Shown: one piece after another, positions 47,466-56,136 of the stretch | Position numbering within the stretch: position 1 is the first letter of the stretch | Layout: the number at the start of each line of letters is the position of its first letter | Source: Fibrobacteria bacterium | GTDB taxonomy: Bacteria; Fibrobacterota; Fibrobacteria; UBA11236; JADFYW01 | Direction: 5' to 3' | DNA: 64,000 bases | Assembly (NCBI GenBank): GCA_050294405.1 | Contig: JBNKOC010000024.1 | Span: 32,001-96,000 of the forward strand | The notes under the pieces: generated by a model | Told to the model about the DNA's origin: nothing | Database searches by the model: none | Seen by the model: only the letters and a program-made list of their open reading frames with translations | Translations under genes and position numbers: made by a program

Positions 47466-48476
47466 TTAGCCTTTTTCTTGGTAGCCAAACTTTTTTTTCA
47501 GAAACTTCCTGATTGTGAAAAGCAGCAAACCAAAAAATAAAGAGAGAAGCACTCCCCAAAAGCTGAGAAGTTTTTCCCAGAATACACCGGCCATTTCAAG
47601 ACCTTTTATCTTTGCCAGAGAAACTCGGTTTACCTTCACCACTACTTTTAAATTGGCTGCGGTTTTGGGAATGGCTGCTCCACTGCAATCGGGAGAATCG
47701 AACAGATATATATCGGCCCCAACCTCGAATTCACCAGATTCAACGGGTTCAAAAGTAAAGCGGATTTCCGAGCCACTGGGATGGATTTTAAGGCACTGGG
47801 TTTTTTCTGGGTTGAATTTAAACGCAGGGCCTATGGGGGTTACGGTAGCCGACTCACCAAGGGCGGGAATTACGGAACTGTCCTTTTTCATCTCTTTGGC
47901 AAACTTTGCGCTGTTGGCCTCTGAAGAGCTTTCCGAACCAATCCAGACGCGCAATTCATTGGAGTTGCTTGGAAATTCCACCAGGCTATCTACTCCAAGA
48001 AGAACCTTGTAGTTTTCAAAATTTTTTGGAGGTGGTTCGGTTTGGTTAGATTGTCGGTGAGAGTTCTTGTTACTCAGGCTCCCGCTTCCCGAACCGTAGC
48101 CATGTCCAACACCTGTTCCCGCTCCATGCCCAATTGTTCCAAGGGTACCCAAGCCAATGGTTCCTTCGCCAGTTCCACCTCCCCCTTTTCCTGCACCGGT
48201 TAAATCTGTCTCATTTTTATTTGAATTGGCAGTGGATGTATTTGTAGATGTTGTTGCATCGCTGTTTGTTTGGTTTGCAGGGGTTGAATCCACCAAGCCT
48301 TCAAGCGGATCTGATTCTGGCACATCTATGGGAGAGCTGTCTGCGGGCTGTGAGCCATCTTTTCGACTTTTTTCGCCGCCCGTGTTTAAGACAAAGGTGG
48401 AAATGAAAATAATTCCCACAAGGGGGATTAAAATAAACCACAGCCTTTGTATTTTTTTGGCTCCCGATTTTTCCAT
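47466..48476 (-). CDS. Hypothetical membrane protein: N- and C-terminal TM, Gly-rich linker and a beta-rich domain
   Basis: TM LWFILIPLVGIIFISTFVL; GTGEGTIGLGTLGTIGHGAGTG; one Cys pair; C-terminal TM followed by a basic tail. Confidence 0.6.
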   Translation of the reverse strand: MEKSGAKKIQRLWFILIPLVGIIFISTFVLNTGGEKSRKDGSQPADSSPIDVPESDPLEGLVDSTPANQTNSDATTSTNTSTANSNKNETDLTGAGKGGGGTGEGTIGLGTLGTIGHGAGTGVGHGYGSGSGSLSNKNSHRQSNQTEPPPKNFENYKVLLGVDSLVEFPSNSNELRVWIGSESSSEANSAKFAKEMKKDSSVIPALGESATVTPIGPAFKFNPEKTQCLKIHPSGSEIRFTFEPVESGEFEVGADIYLFDSPDCSGAAIPKTAANLKVVVKVNRVSLAKIKGLEMAGVFWEKLLSFWGVLLSLFFGLLLFTIRKFLKKKFGYQEKG

Positions 48477-48588
48477 ATTTCTTAAAAAAGAAAATTTATT
48501 CAGCTTTCCAAAGGAGAAATATTTTATGGCCGCCTTAGATAACGGCGCTGTAGAGCGTTCTAAGTATTTAATTCAAAAATTCAGACAT

Positions 48589-49098
48589 TTATTTTGACAA
48601 TCGGAATTTAATCCCAGCTCTTAAACTTACATCAAAAAAAGATTTTTCTCCGAATGCAAGCGCAGGAGAAACCTCACCTAGCAACATCAAGGATGGATTG
48701 AGAGTTATCAGTGCCTGAATGGGCACCCCAATGAGTGGCATTATTTCATCAGCTTCATTTTGGCGAAAATCGCATATTCCGACTTTGCCTCCGATTCTTG
48801 GCCTAATGTCTCCAAAATATGGAGTAAAAAATGAAGAAAAAGCCAAATCTGTTAAGATAAACCCATCAAATTCATCTGTTTCAGGCCCATAAAGAAAACT
48901 TCCATTAATAGAAAAATCTGTTCTTTCATTGAATCCAAATTCAATACCTAAATCCCCACCAGCGCTAAAGGTATCCTCCAATAAAATTGAGGTTACCCCT
49001 TTCACGGAAAAAAATATATCACCTTTATCAGAAAAGCCCAGAACTTGGATACATAGCAAAAAGATGAATGCTTTTACATATAATTGAAAACCTTTCAT
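48589..49098 (-). CDS. Small outer-membrane beta-barrel-like protein
   Basis: Signal peptide; about 8 amphipathic strands; ends VSLRAGIKFRLSK. Confidence 0.6.
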   Translation of the reverse strand: MKGFQLYVKAFIFLLCIQVLGFSDKGDIFFSVKGVTSILLEDTFSAGGDLGIEFGFNERTDFSINGSFLYGPETDEFDGFILTDLAFSSFFTPYFGDIRPRIGGKVGICDFRQNEADEIMPLIGVPIQALITLNPSLMLLGEVSPALAFGEKSFFDVSLRAGIKFRLSK

Positions 49099-49407
49099 TT
49101 ATAATTTCTCCAATTGAAATTCAATAATTTCCTGAGTGTCCGATAAATATATGTGTTTTACCAACGGTTTAAACCCATCGGAACTAAGCTCTATTTTATA
49201 TTTACCTGATTTTAGTTTTAGTACAGAACTTTTGCCATCAAAATCCCGGGCTTTTCCTACTTCTTTTTCGTTAATTTTGATAATGGCATAGCTCGGTGTT
49301 CCTTTGAAAACAACAGTTCCAGATTGGTCATCGGTTTTCACACTTGTTCGTGGTGGAGCACAATTAAATACGATAGTAGCTAAAAAGCTAATAAATAATA
49401 ACTTCAT
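49099..49407 (-). CDS. PEGA-domain lipoprotein
   Basis: VFNC lipobox; GTPSYAIIKIN...VG...LKSGKYKIELSSDGFKP. Confidence 0.75.
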   Translation of the reverse strand: MKLLFISFLATIVFNCAPPRTSVKTDDQSGTVVFKGTPSYAIIKINEKEVGKARDFDGKSSVLKLKSGKYKIELSSDGFKPLVKHIYLSDTQEIIEFQLEKL

Positions 49408-50363
49408 TTCTCTGTCTCCATTTCAACTCTATGTTCAATGGTAAACCCTGATCCTTCAATTATTTGGCATAATGACCCCTCATTTAGGGGGTCCGTTCCA
49501 AACTGGCTTACAACTTTTACTTTTCCCATTTTGGTTCCGGGAAGCTCAATTTTTGCTCCAGTTGCTTTATTAGTAATACTTTTTCCTGGAGCAATAACAT
49601 TTAAAACATCTCCAATTTGTATTCCAGATCTTTTTCCTGCAGCTATATATACCCCTGAGTCATCAATTTCAATTATAGGAGCCTTCCAAGGGCGACTTTT
49701 TAAAGTCATGAGCATATTACCTACCAATTTTGTTATAGCCCCGTTTAAGGCTTTATCTGAGAGGGTCGCATCATATCCTGCCTTACTTCCAAATCCAAAA
49801 GTTTGGTTAACGGACTTTTCAGCATTTGCCTCTCCAAATTCAGAGTAAAAAGCAACTCCTGTAGAAGGGTCCACCATTCTTATGGTTACTTTTGCATGGG
49901 CGGTTTGAACTTTAGATTTAGAGATACCCGCATCTTGAATTTCAGTTTTTGTGCCAAATTCAGTTACAGATCCATAAATTAATGCCGTTACTCCAATAAA
50001 CGAATCATTTTCACCTTTCAATTTATTTTCTGTTTTTAAATCTTGGAGCTTATTCCGTTCAAGAACAATGAAGTCACCCGTTTTAATTAAATGTGAATTC
50101 AAAATATCACTTGCCTGGGAGCCTAAGTCATCAATAACTCCAAATAAATTACTGCCATAACCAGACTTGTCTACAAACTCCGCAATTGCAATTCTGTGCT
50201 TTAACCCATTACTCTCAATTATTGATGGCGTATCTTCATCTTGAGCCGGTTTTTCAGGAACGGAAGGCTGAACCTGACGCACTGAAGAAGAACATCCCCA
50301 CCAAATAAAAATTAAGGGAACAACGAAAAATCTTATCCACTTATTTTGTTGTTTTATTCGCAT
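49404..50363 (-). CDS. CsgG/HfaB-family outer-membrane lipoprotein with a C-terminal FlgT-like domain
   Basis: WGC lipobox; LKHRIAIAEF, FIVLER, GSVTEFG and IRMVDPSTG; C-terminal YIAAGKRSGIQIGD...ATGAKIELP. Confidence 0.82.
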   Translation of the reverse strand: MRIKQQNKWIRFFVVPLIFIWWGCSSSVRQVQPSVPEKPAQDEDTPSIIESNGLKHRIAIAEFVDKSGYGSNLFGVIDDLGSQASDILNSHLIKTGDFIVLERNKLQDLKTENKLKGENDSFIGVTALIYGSVTEFGTKTEIQDAGISKSKVQTAHAKVTIRMVDPSTGVAFYSEFGEANAEKSVNQTFGFGSKAGYDATLSDKALNGAITKLVGNMLMTLKSRPWKAPIIEIDDSGVYIAAGKRSGIQIGDVLNVIAPGKSITNKATGAKIELPGTKMGKVKVVSQFGTDPLNEGSLCQIIEGSGFTIEHRVEMETEK

Positions 50364-50967
50364 AGTGACCTTTTGGAATTGTTTTAATCATGGTATCTGC
50401 ATTTTCTTCCGCAATAGGCTCATATGGGGTAAAAGCAGCATGCACAGCTGCATTTACTAAAGCTCCAATTAAGCCGCCGTTGTTATTTCCGCCTGGAGCC
50501 TTGGACAACAACCTTTTTAATGCCCACAAAGTAGATCCATCCTGAGTTCGGATTAGCTGCATATCAAAACCGACATTAACATTTGAAGAAATAACTACAT
50601 ATTTACTTTCCCAATCCGTCACTACAACTTTTAGGATGGCGTCTACTCCAAAAATTTCTTTAAACTTCATAGGAGGAAGGGAGTTTATTCTTCCAGCATC
50701 TTCAAGTTTATTTGCATTAAAAACCGTTCTAGCCAACTCGGGGGGAATGCAGTGATAACCCCTCCTTGAAAGTTTTTCAAAAATTATGGGGTATACTTGC
50801 TCTTCAATTTCAGTTCCTGCAGTGGTATTTTCTGGAGGAAGAACCAATACGGTCCGAGGTTTAACGGATTTATAATCGGGATGCAATTCGGGTTTTAGTG
50901 GAGCGCAGTTAAAAATCACTGAGGAAAAAAAGCCCATTAGAATTAACTTCATAAGTTTAATTTTCAT
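50341..50967 (-). CDS. DUF799 (GNA1162-like) lipoprotein
   Basis: IFNC lipobox; KPRTVLVLPPEN, RGY, FGVDAIL, YVVISS, G.TLW and GGLIGALVNAAV. Confidence 0.8.
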   Translation of the reverse strand: MKIKLMKLILMGFFSSVIFNCAPLKPELHPDYKSVKPRTVLVLPPENTTAGTEIEEQVYPIIFEKLSRRGYHCIPPELARTVFNANKLEDAGRINSLPPMKFKEIFGVDAILKVVVTDWESKYVVISSNVNVGFDMQLIRTQDGSTLWALKRLLSKAPGGNNNGGLIGALVNAAVHAAFTPYEPIAEENADTMIKTIPKGHYANKTTK

Positions 50968-51352
50968 TATTTACTCCTTCCTCTTTCAATTCCGAGGAAC
51001 TATCCGTGGAGTCCGCAGCCGAGGTATTGCTCTGGTTTTCTGACTCACCCATGCCATAGCTTTGAGTGTTTTGAAGTGCTAAGGTTACCGCTTTTTTTAA
51101 ATCTGGATTAATTTCAATTTCTTTTCTAAAGTTTTCAGCGGCTGCACTGCTATTGCCATTTACATGCTGGTGTACGCCATAGGATGCATGCAAGCCAACG
51201 GGAATTTTACCTTTTTTACTTTTACTTATAGCTTTTTCATAATGTTTATCGCACTCTACTCCTTTATTTTGAAAATGACATTTCATCGCTTCTCGATATG
51301 CCTTCCACTCGGGTGGCATAGGAGAGCAGCTGACAAAAACCAGTACAGACAT
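50957..51352 (-). CDS. DUF4810-like small TPR-type lipoprotein
   Basis: VSC lipobox; KIPVGLHASYG...AAENFRKEIEINP resembles the DUF4810 motif (PPG.HAHLG...F..EK..FP); adjacent to DUF799 and CsgG genes. Confidence 0.65.
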   Translation of the reverse strand: MSVLVFVSCSPMPPEWKAYREAMKCHFQNKGVECDKHYEKAISKSKKGKIPVGLHASYGVHQHVNGNSSAAAENFRKEIEINPDLKKAVTLALQNTQSYGMGESENQSNTSAADSTDSSSELKEEGVNNEN

Positions 51353-51534
51353 GATTCCGGGTAATATTAGTAGATTTTTCAGAAGAATCCCCTTTAATTA
51401 CAGATTTACGAATTACCAAATTTTAAATGAGTTTTTCAAAAATAAATATTTCCTAATAAAAAAGGGATATTATTCTAATTTTTATTCATTGCATATTATT
51501 GTCAAAAATAACCAATTTTTAATATTTTTATTTT

Positions 51535-51915
51535 ATGGCTGCCCTAGTTTACTCCACCGAGTTGGGACGCATATGCCCCCAATGCCAAAAAGCTGTGGGC
51601 CAATGTATATGTAAAAAGGGAAAAGATAAAACAGCTAAAATGGGCAGCGCCGCAATAAATCTGAGCAAAATGGAGGATGGCATCGTGCGAATTGGGCGTG
51701 AATCCAAAGGGCGAGGTGGCAAGGGTGTCACACTTATTGCAGGATTAAATTTGGAGGAGAATGCCTTAAAAGATTTGGCTAAAAAATTAAAGCAAAAATG
51801 TGGCACAGGAGGAACCGTAAAAGCGGGGATAGTGGAAATTCAGGGAGACCACAGAGAAAAATTGGCCGAAGAACTAAAAAAAATGGGCTACAAAGTTAAA
51901 CTAGCAGGCGGATAA
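51535..51915 (+). CDS. yciH: SUI1/YciH-family translation initiation factor
   Basis: LVYST, KGRGGKGVTLI, LKQKCGTGGTVK and IQGDHR. Confidence 0.9.
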   Translation: MAALVYSTELGRICPQCQKAVGQCICKKGKDKTAKMGSAAINLSKMEDGIVRIGRESKGRGGKGVTLIAGLNLEENALKDLAKKLKQKCGTGGTVKAGIVEIQGDHREKLAEELKKMGYKVKLAGG

Positions 51916-51967
51916 AAATATAACAGCCAATATTGTTATCAGCTAATCAACTGTAAAACTTGCTGGT

Positions 51968-52450
51968 TTACTCCCAAAACATCCTCTGGTTTACGGCGAA
52001 CTCCTGGCCCGGAGGATAATGTATACGGGCTGTTACGATATTTGCATAAGAGGGAGCTAACGTACAGGCATGCAGCCTCACAAAGCTTGGGTCATAATCT
52101 TCATCGGGTGTGGTGACCCAAAGGTGCAGGCTATCGCCAAAAAATTGATTTCGAACATAAGCTATTTTTTCCTCCGCCCAACTTTCGCCTTCTATTTCCA
52201 ATTCAATCAAATAAACATCGGAGGACAGGCTGCTGTCTTCCAGCATTTCATACTCCACCTCAGTGGACATGCTTTTATAAAGTGTCAAATGGCTTATGGA
52301 CAAACCTGGAGTTAGAACCAAGGGCTTGGATTGGCTGAATTTTTGAAAACCTTTGGTATTTACGCCATCACAGGAATTGACCATGTTGGTGCAATTTTCC
52401 AAAAAAGGCAGCAAAACCACAAATATTAAAGCCCCCTTTAATAATTTCAT
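51968..52450 (-). CDS. Hypothetical lipoprotein
   Basis: Signal peptide ending LENC; no recognisable domain. Confidence 0.55.
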   Translation of the reverse strand: MKLLKGALIFVVLLPFLENCTNMVNSCDGVNTKGFQKFSQSKPLVLTPGLSISHLTLYKSMSTEVEYEMLEDSSLSSDVYLIELEIEGESWAEEKIAYVRNQFFGDSLHLWVTTPDEDYDPSFVRLHACTLAPSYANIVTARIHYPPGQEFAVNQRMFWE

Positions 52451-52611
52451 TTTAACTCCTTTTATCCAAAATCGGCTGTTGAGGATTCTTTAATTTTTTA
52501 AGAATTGGTACAAATTTCATAGAAAAACTGCAGTCACGCTTGCCTCAGCTTAATTTTATTTCATGTGCAAAACTAAAATTAAGCTTATATTGAATATATA
52601 AAAATTATGGG

Positions 52612-53748
52612 ATGTTCTATCGTCCCCCTCTTAATTTAGCCGGGATTTTGAAAATGCAATTTAGTTTGAAAACTTTGTTAAGTGTTAGCGCTGTGTCACT
52701 TTTCCTGGGAAATGGTTTTGCACAGGACCCCAATTATTGGGTGTTCTTAGCTTTTGGCCAATCCAATATGGAGGGAAACCCACGCATTGAAGAAGTAGAC
52801 AGGGGCGAAGTTAGCGAACGCTTTCAATTTATGTCCGCTGTGGATTGTCCGGCACAAAACAGAACTGCCGGAGAATGGAGTGTGGCCACACCTCCCCTTT
52901 GCCGTTGTGGAACGGGTCTAAACCCATGCGATTATTTTGGCCGGACTTTGGTAGATAGCCTTCCCGAGGAAATTACAATTGGCATCATTAATGTTGCTGT
53001 TGCCGGATGCGCCATTGAAATGTTTGATAAGGATAGATATCAAACATATGTTCAAAACCAGGCCGACTGGCTGAAAAATATCGCCAATGAATACGGTGGA
53101 AATCCCTATGGAAAGCTAGTGGAACTGGCCAAAGAAGCCCAAAAAGTTGGCGTTATCAAAGGTTTTTTGTTGCATCAGGGGGAATCGGGTTCCTCGACCA
53201 ATAACTGGGCAGGCGAAGTGCAAATTATTTACGACAACCTAATTGAAGATTTAGGCTTGGAAACAGGTATTCCCCTGTTAGTGGGTGACCTTGTAAATTC
53301 CAGTAACATGATAAAAAACCTGCCCCAATCCATGGACAACGCATACATCATCAGCTCAGACAACTTAAGCAGTGGAGACAACCTTCATTTTGACGCCGTC
53401 AGTATCCGTACTTTCGGGGCGCGCTATGCTGAAAAATATCTGGAACTGATTGAAGATGAGCAAATTATCAGCGTATCGCCAAAAAGTTCTTATCAGGGCT
53501 ATTCCTTTTCCCATATTGTTATCAACCCTTCGCGCAAACTCAGCTTGTCATTTGATATACCAGTTAGCGATTTAGTAACTGTGGTGATCCATAACATGGC
53601 CGGAAAAGAAATAAAAACTCTTACTTCCCAAGTATATTCCGCAGGAAAACACGAACTGGTGCTCAATAAAGACGGACTTCCCGGCGGAATGTTTATCATA
53701 AAAATGAAATCCGGAGAGTATAGCAACCAATTCAGAGTAAGCCTATAG
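52612..53748 (+). CDS. CE6 / SASA-domain acetylxylan esterase with a T9SS/FlgD-like C-terminal domain
   Basis: FGQSNMEG, PPLCRC, HQGES and DNLHF; tail IHNMAGKEIKTL...GMFIIKM. Confidence 0.88.
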   Translation: MFYRPPLNLAGILKMQFSLKTLLSVSAVSLFLGNGFAQDPNYWVFLAFGQSNMEGNPRIEEVDRGEVSERFQFMSAVDCPAQNRTAGEWSVATPPLCRCGTGLNPCDYFGRTLVDSLPEEITIGIINVAVAGCAIEMFDKDRYQTYVQNQADWLKNIANEYGGNPYGKLVELAKEAQKVGVIKGFLLHQGESGSSTNNWAGEVQIIYDNLIEDLGLETGIPLLVGDLVNSSNMIKNLPQSMDNAYIISSDNLSSGDNLHFDAVSIRTFGARYAEKYLELIEDEQIISVSPKSSYQGYSFSHIVINPSRKLSLSFDIPVSDLVTVVIHNMAGKEIKTLTSQVYSAGKHELVLNKDGLPGGMFIIKMKSGEYSNQFRVSL

Positions 53749-53763
53749 TTTAACTAAGGAGCC

Positions 53764-54705
53764 TTAGCCATCCAATGGGGTAACCTCAACTGTTGCGTGA
53801 GCCACATTTAACTCTTTGGGCAGCAAATCTTTATAATATTGGGGCTGTTTCGGGTTCGGGTCTGAAACAGCCAATATCAGGCTGTTTATACCAGGTCCGA
53901 TGGACCACAGATGAATATCCCTTACTTGCATATTTCCGTTTTTCCGTAAGCTATCTAAGGCTTTTTGTTCCATATTATCTGGAAGTTTTTTGTCTAGTAA
54001 AACCGAGCTAGTGGATTTAATAAGACTCAAAGACCAACGCGCCACGAGAATCCCTCCCAATATTCCCATTAAAGGGTCCATCCAGACGGTTCCTATAAAT
54101 TTTGCGCAAACCAGAGCAACAATGGCCAGCACAGATGTTAAAGCATCGGCCAATACATGTAAATAAGCTGATTTTAAATTGTGATCTTCCCCTGAATGGG
54201 AATCATGGGAGTGGGAATGGTTGTGATGTTCATGGGAGTGCGAACCATGTGAATGAGAATGGCTTTCCTCATTTAAAATAACTGCGCAAAAGCCATTCAC
54301 CAAGAGTCCAACAACAGCCACAAAAATGGCCTGATTGAAATTTATGGATGTAGGGTTTATCCAATGGGATATACTTTCCCAAACCATCATTAAAGAAAAA
54401 CCCGTTAATAAAATAGCTCCGGTAAATCCTCCTAAGGCATTGATCTTTCCAGTTCCAAAATTAAAACTGGAATCATTGGCCTTCCGCCTGGCATATATAT
54501 AAGCCATAACATTAATTATCAGCGCCACAGAGTGGGAAGCCATGTGGATACCATCTGCTAGCAAGGCCATAGATCCAAATAAAAAGCCTGAGCTGATTTC
54601 AACTAACATCATGCTTAGAGTAATTATTATTACAATAAGAGTTTTATTCTCTCCTTTCCTTTTTATATGCTGGCCAAAAGAATGAGAATGCTCTGAACTT
54701 TTCAT
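53764..54705 (-). CDS. dmeF: CDF-family Co/Ni efflux transporter (DmeF-like)
   Basis: HSHSFG N-terminus, GSMALLADGIHM, His-rich loop, DHNLKSAYLHVLADALTS and DIHLW. Start set at the ATGA overlap with the upstream gene. Confidence 0.88.
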   Translation of the reverse strand: MKSSEHSHSFGQHIKRKGENKTLIVIIITLSMMLVEISSGFLFGSMALLADGIHMASHSVALIINVMAYIYARRKANDSSFNFGTGKINALGGFTGAILLTGFSLMMVWESISHWINPTSINFNQAIFVAVVGLLVNGFCAVILNEESHSHSHGSHSHEHHNHSHSHDSHSGEDHNLKSAYLHVLADALTSVLAIVALVCAKFIGTVWMDPLMGILGGILVARWSLSLIKSTSSVLLDKKLPDNMEQKALDSLRKNGNMQVRDIHLWSIGPGINSLILAVSDPNPKQPQYYKDLLPKELNVAHATVEVTPLDG

Positions 54706-55373
54706 TCCGATTCTCCTTTTTTTATCCATAGAGCCGATAGCTGACGGTTCACAGATAATATCCTGGATTCCGCAAGGCCAATACCTTTTGTGAGGGGAAT
54801 CAAATTGCTCAAATTATTTTCCATGGCCTTGTGGCCGCCATGTAAATGAATTATTAAATCACTAATACGGGTTAAAAAATTCCCCTCGCTTTTTGATTCC
54901 AAATCCACAATTACGGCATGGGCTCCGGGCTTAAGCACCCTTTTAATTTCTGCTAGGCTTTTTTCTTTTACATCCTGTGGCAAATGATGCATCACCAAGA
55001 AACATAAGATGACATCGAAATAATTATCCGAAAAATTTAACTGCTCCATTATTCCCTGTTGGAAGTTAACCTGAGCCCCGGCATCCCTGTTTTTCTTTTT
55101 AGCTATTTCAATCATTTTTCCCGATGCGTCGATGCCACAGACCTCCCCTCCGGGCATTGCCAATTTAGCCGCCTGCAAAGTGAGGTCTCCGGTTCCACAA
55201 CCTACATCAAGAACTTTTTGCCCCGCTTTTAGTTGAGCCATTGCCAAAGCAGAAGCCCTGATATGTTTGGCTTTTCCCAAGGTGATTATCCAAACCAAAA
55301 CATCGTAAAACCGCGCCCAGGGAATAGTGCGGCCCGTTGTAGTTTGCTCTTGTCCATTTTTATGGTTGTGCAT
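54702..55373 (-). CDS. Class I SAM-dependent methyltransferase (UbiE-like)
   Basis: VLDVGCGTG, GIDAS, FDVI, MHHLP and EIKRVLKPG. Confidence 0.9.
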   Translation of the reverse strand: MHNHKNGQEQTTTGRTIPWARFYDVLVWIITLGKAKHIRASALAMAQLKAGQKVLDVGCGTGDLTLQAAKLAMPGGEVCGIDASGKMIEIAKKKNRDAGAQVNFQQGIMEQLNFSDNYFDVILCFLVMHHLPQDVKEKSLAEIKRVLKPGAHAVIVDLESKSEGNFLTRISDLIIHLHGGHKAMENNLSNLIPLTKGIGLAESRILSVNRQLSALWIKKGESE

Positions 55374-55394
55374 GTTTAGTTTCCTGCCTTTTTA

Positions 55395-55413
55395 ATCGAA
55401 CACTATGTTCGAT
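55395..55413. promoter_or_regulatory. Palindromic operator, probably for the adjacent TetR
   Basis: Perfect inverted repeat ATCGAACA-CTA-TGTTCGAT in the divergent intergenic region. Confidence 0.65.
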
Positions 55414-55509
55414 AATGAATAATTTGTATTTTTAATGTAAATTGAAATTTAACCCTAATCAATCAGCAAATCTGGCGAATTTGTTCAATACCAAACAAAA
55501 AGCACAATT

Positions 55510-56121
55510 TTGTTTGAAAAGGAAGAAGCTATGAAACCCGAAAAAATGGATAGACGGATACAGCGTACCAAAGAACTGTTGATTAATTCTCTTATGAATT
55601 TAATCGCCGAAAAAGGCTACGAATCTATTACTGTACAGAACATTATAGACGAGGCCAACTTGGGTCGCTCTACCTTTTATGCCCATTACAATGACAAAGA
55701 GCACCTGCTTTTAAGCAGTATGGATGAAGTAGTGCATAGTTTACTGGAGGGCATCGATTCCCTGGAAAGCCAAAAAAAAGAATCAGGTTTACCTGTTCAC
55801 ATAATTTCTATTCAGCCCATTTTTTCCCATGCTCAGCAAAATAGCGGATTTCGAAAAGCTATCGCGCCCGCTTCGGGAAACAGCTTGATAGCTAAGTCCA
55901 TTCAAAAACATTTAAGCTCTCATATTTTGAGCTTACTGAAAACCTTTTCAGAAAAAAGCAAAAGTTCAGGGGTTCCTTTGGAAATCATGGCCAATTACAT
56001 GGCCGGAACTTTGATAACATTGCTGATATGGTGGTTGGATAATAATATGCCCTATTCTCCCAAAAAAATGGAGAATATTTTTCAGTCTCTGGTGATGCCC
56101 GGAATTTGGGAAAATATTTAA
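55510..56121 (+). CDS. TetR/AcrR-family transcriptional regulator
   Basis: DRRIQRTK...KGYESITVQNIIDEANLGRSTFYAHY HTH; C-terminal WWL...PYSP. Start may be ATG 55531. Confidence 0.92.
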   Translation: MFEKEEAMKPEKMDRRIQRTKELLINSLMNLIAEKGYESITVQNIIDEANLGRSTFYAHYNDKEHLLLSSMDEVVHSLLEGIDSLESQKKESGLPVHIISIQPIFSHAQQNSGFRKAIAPASGNSLIAKSIQKHLSSHILSLLKTFSEKSKSSGVPLEIMANYMAGTLITLLIWWLDNNMPYSPKKMENIFQSLVMPGIWENI

Positions 56122-56136
56122 AATTTTGTTGTTATT

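Noticed and set aside
47515..48597. Plus-strand ORFs of 165 and 146 aa, and similar antisense ORFs over the rnf, kor, vWA and A2M genes
   Set aside because: They mirror well-supported genes on the opposite strand and have no motifs of their own.
49404..50363. Curli biogenesis locus
   Set aside because: No curlin-repeat proteins or CsgE/CsgF-like genes; the partners are DUF799/DUF4810-like.
54180..54270. Short tandem repeats (GGGAGTG/GAATG-like)
   Set aside because: They encode the His-rich loop of the DmeF-like transporter.
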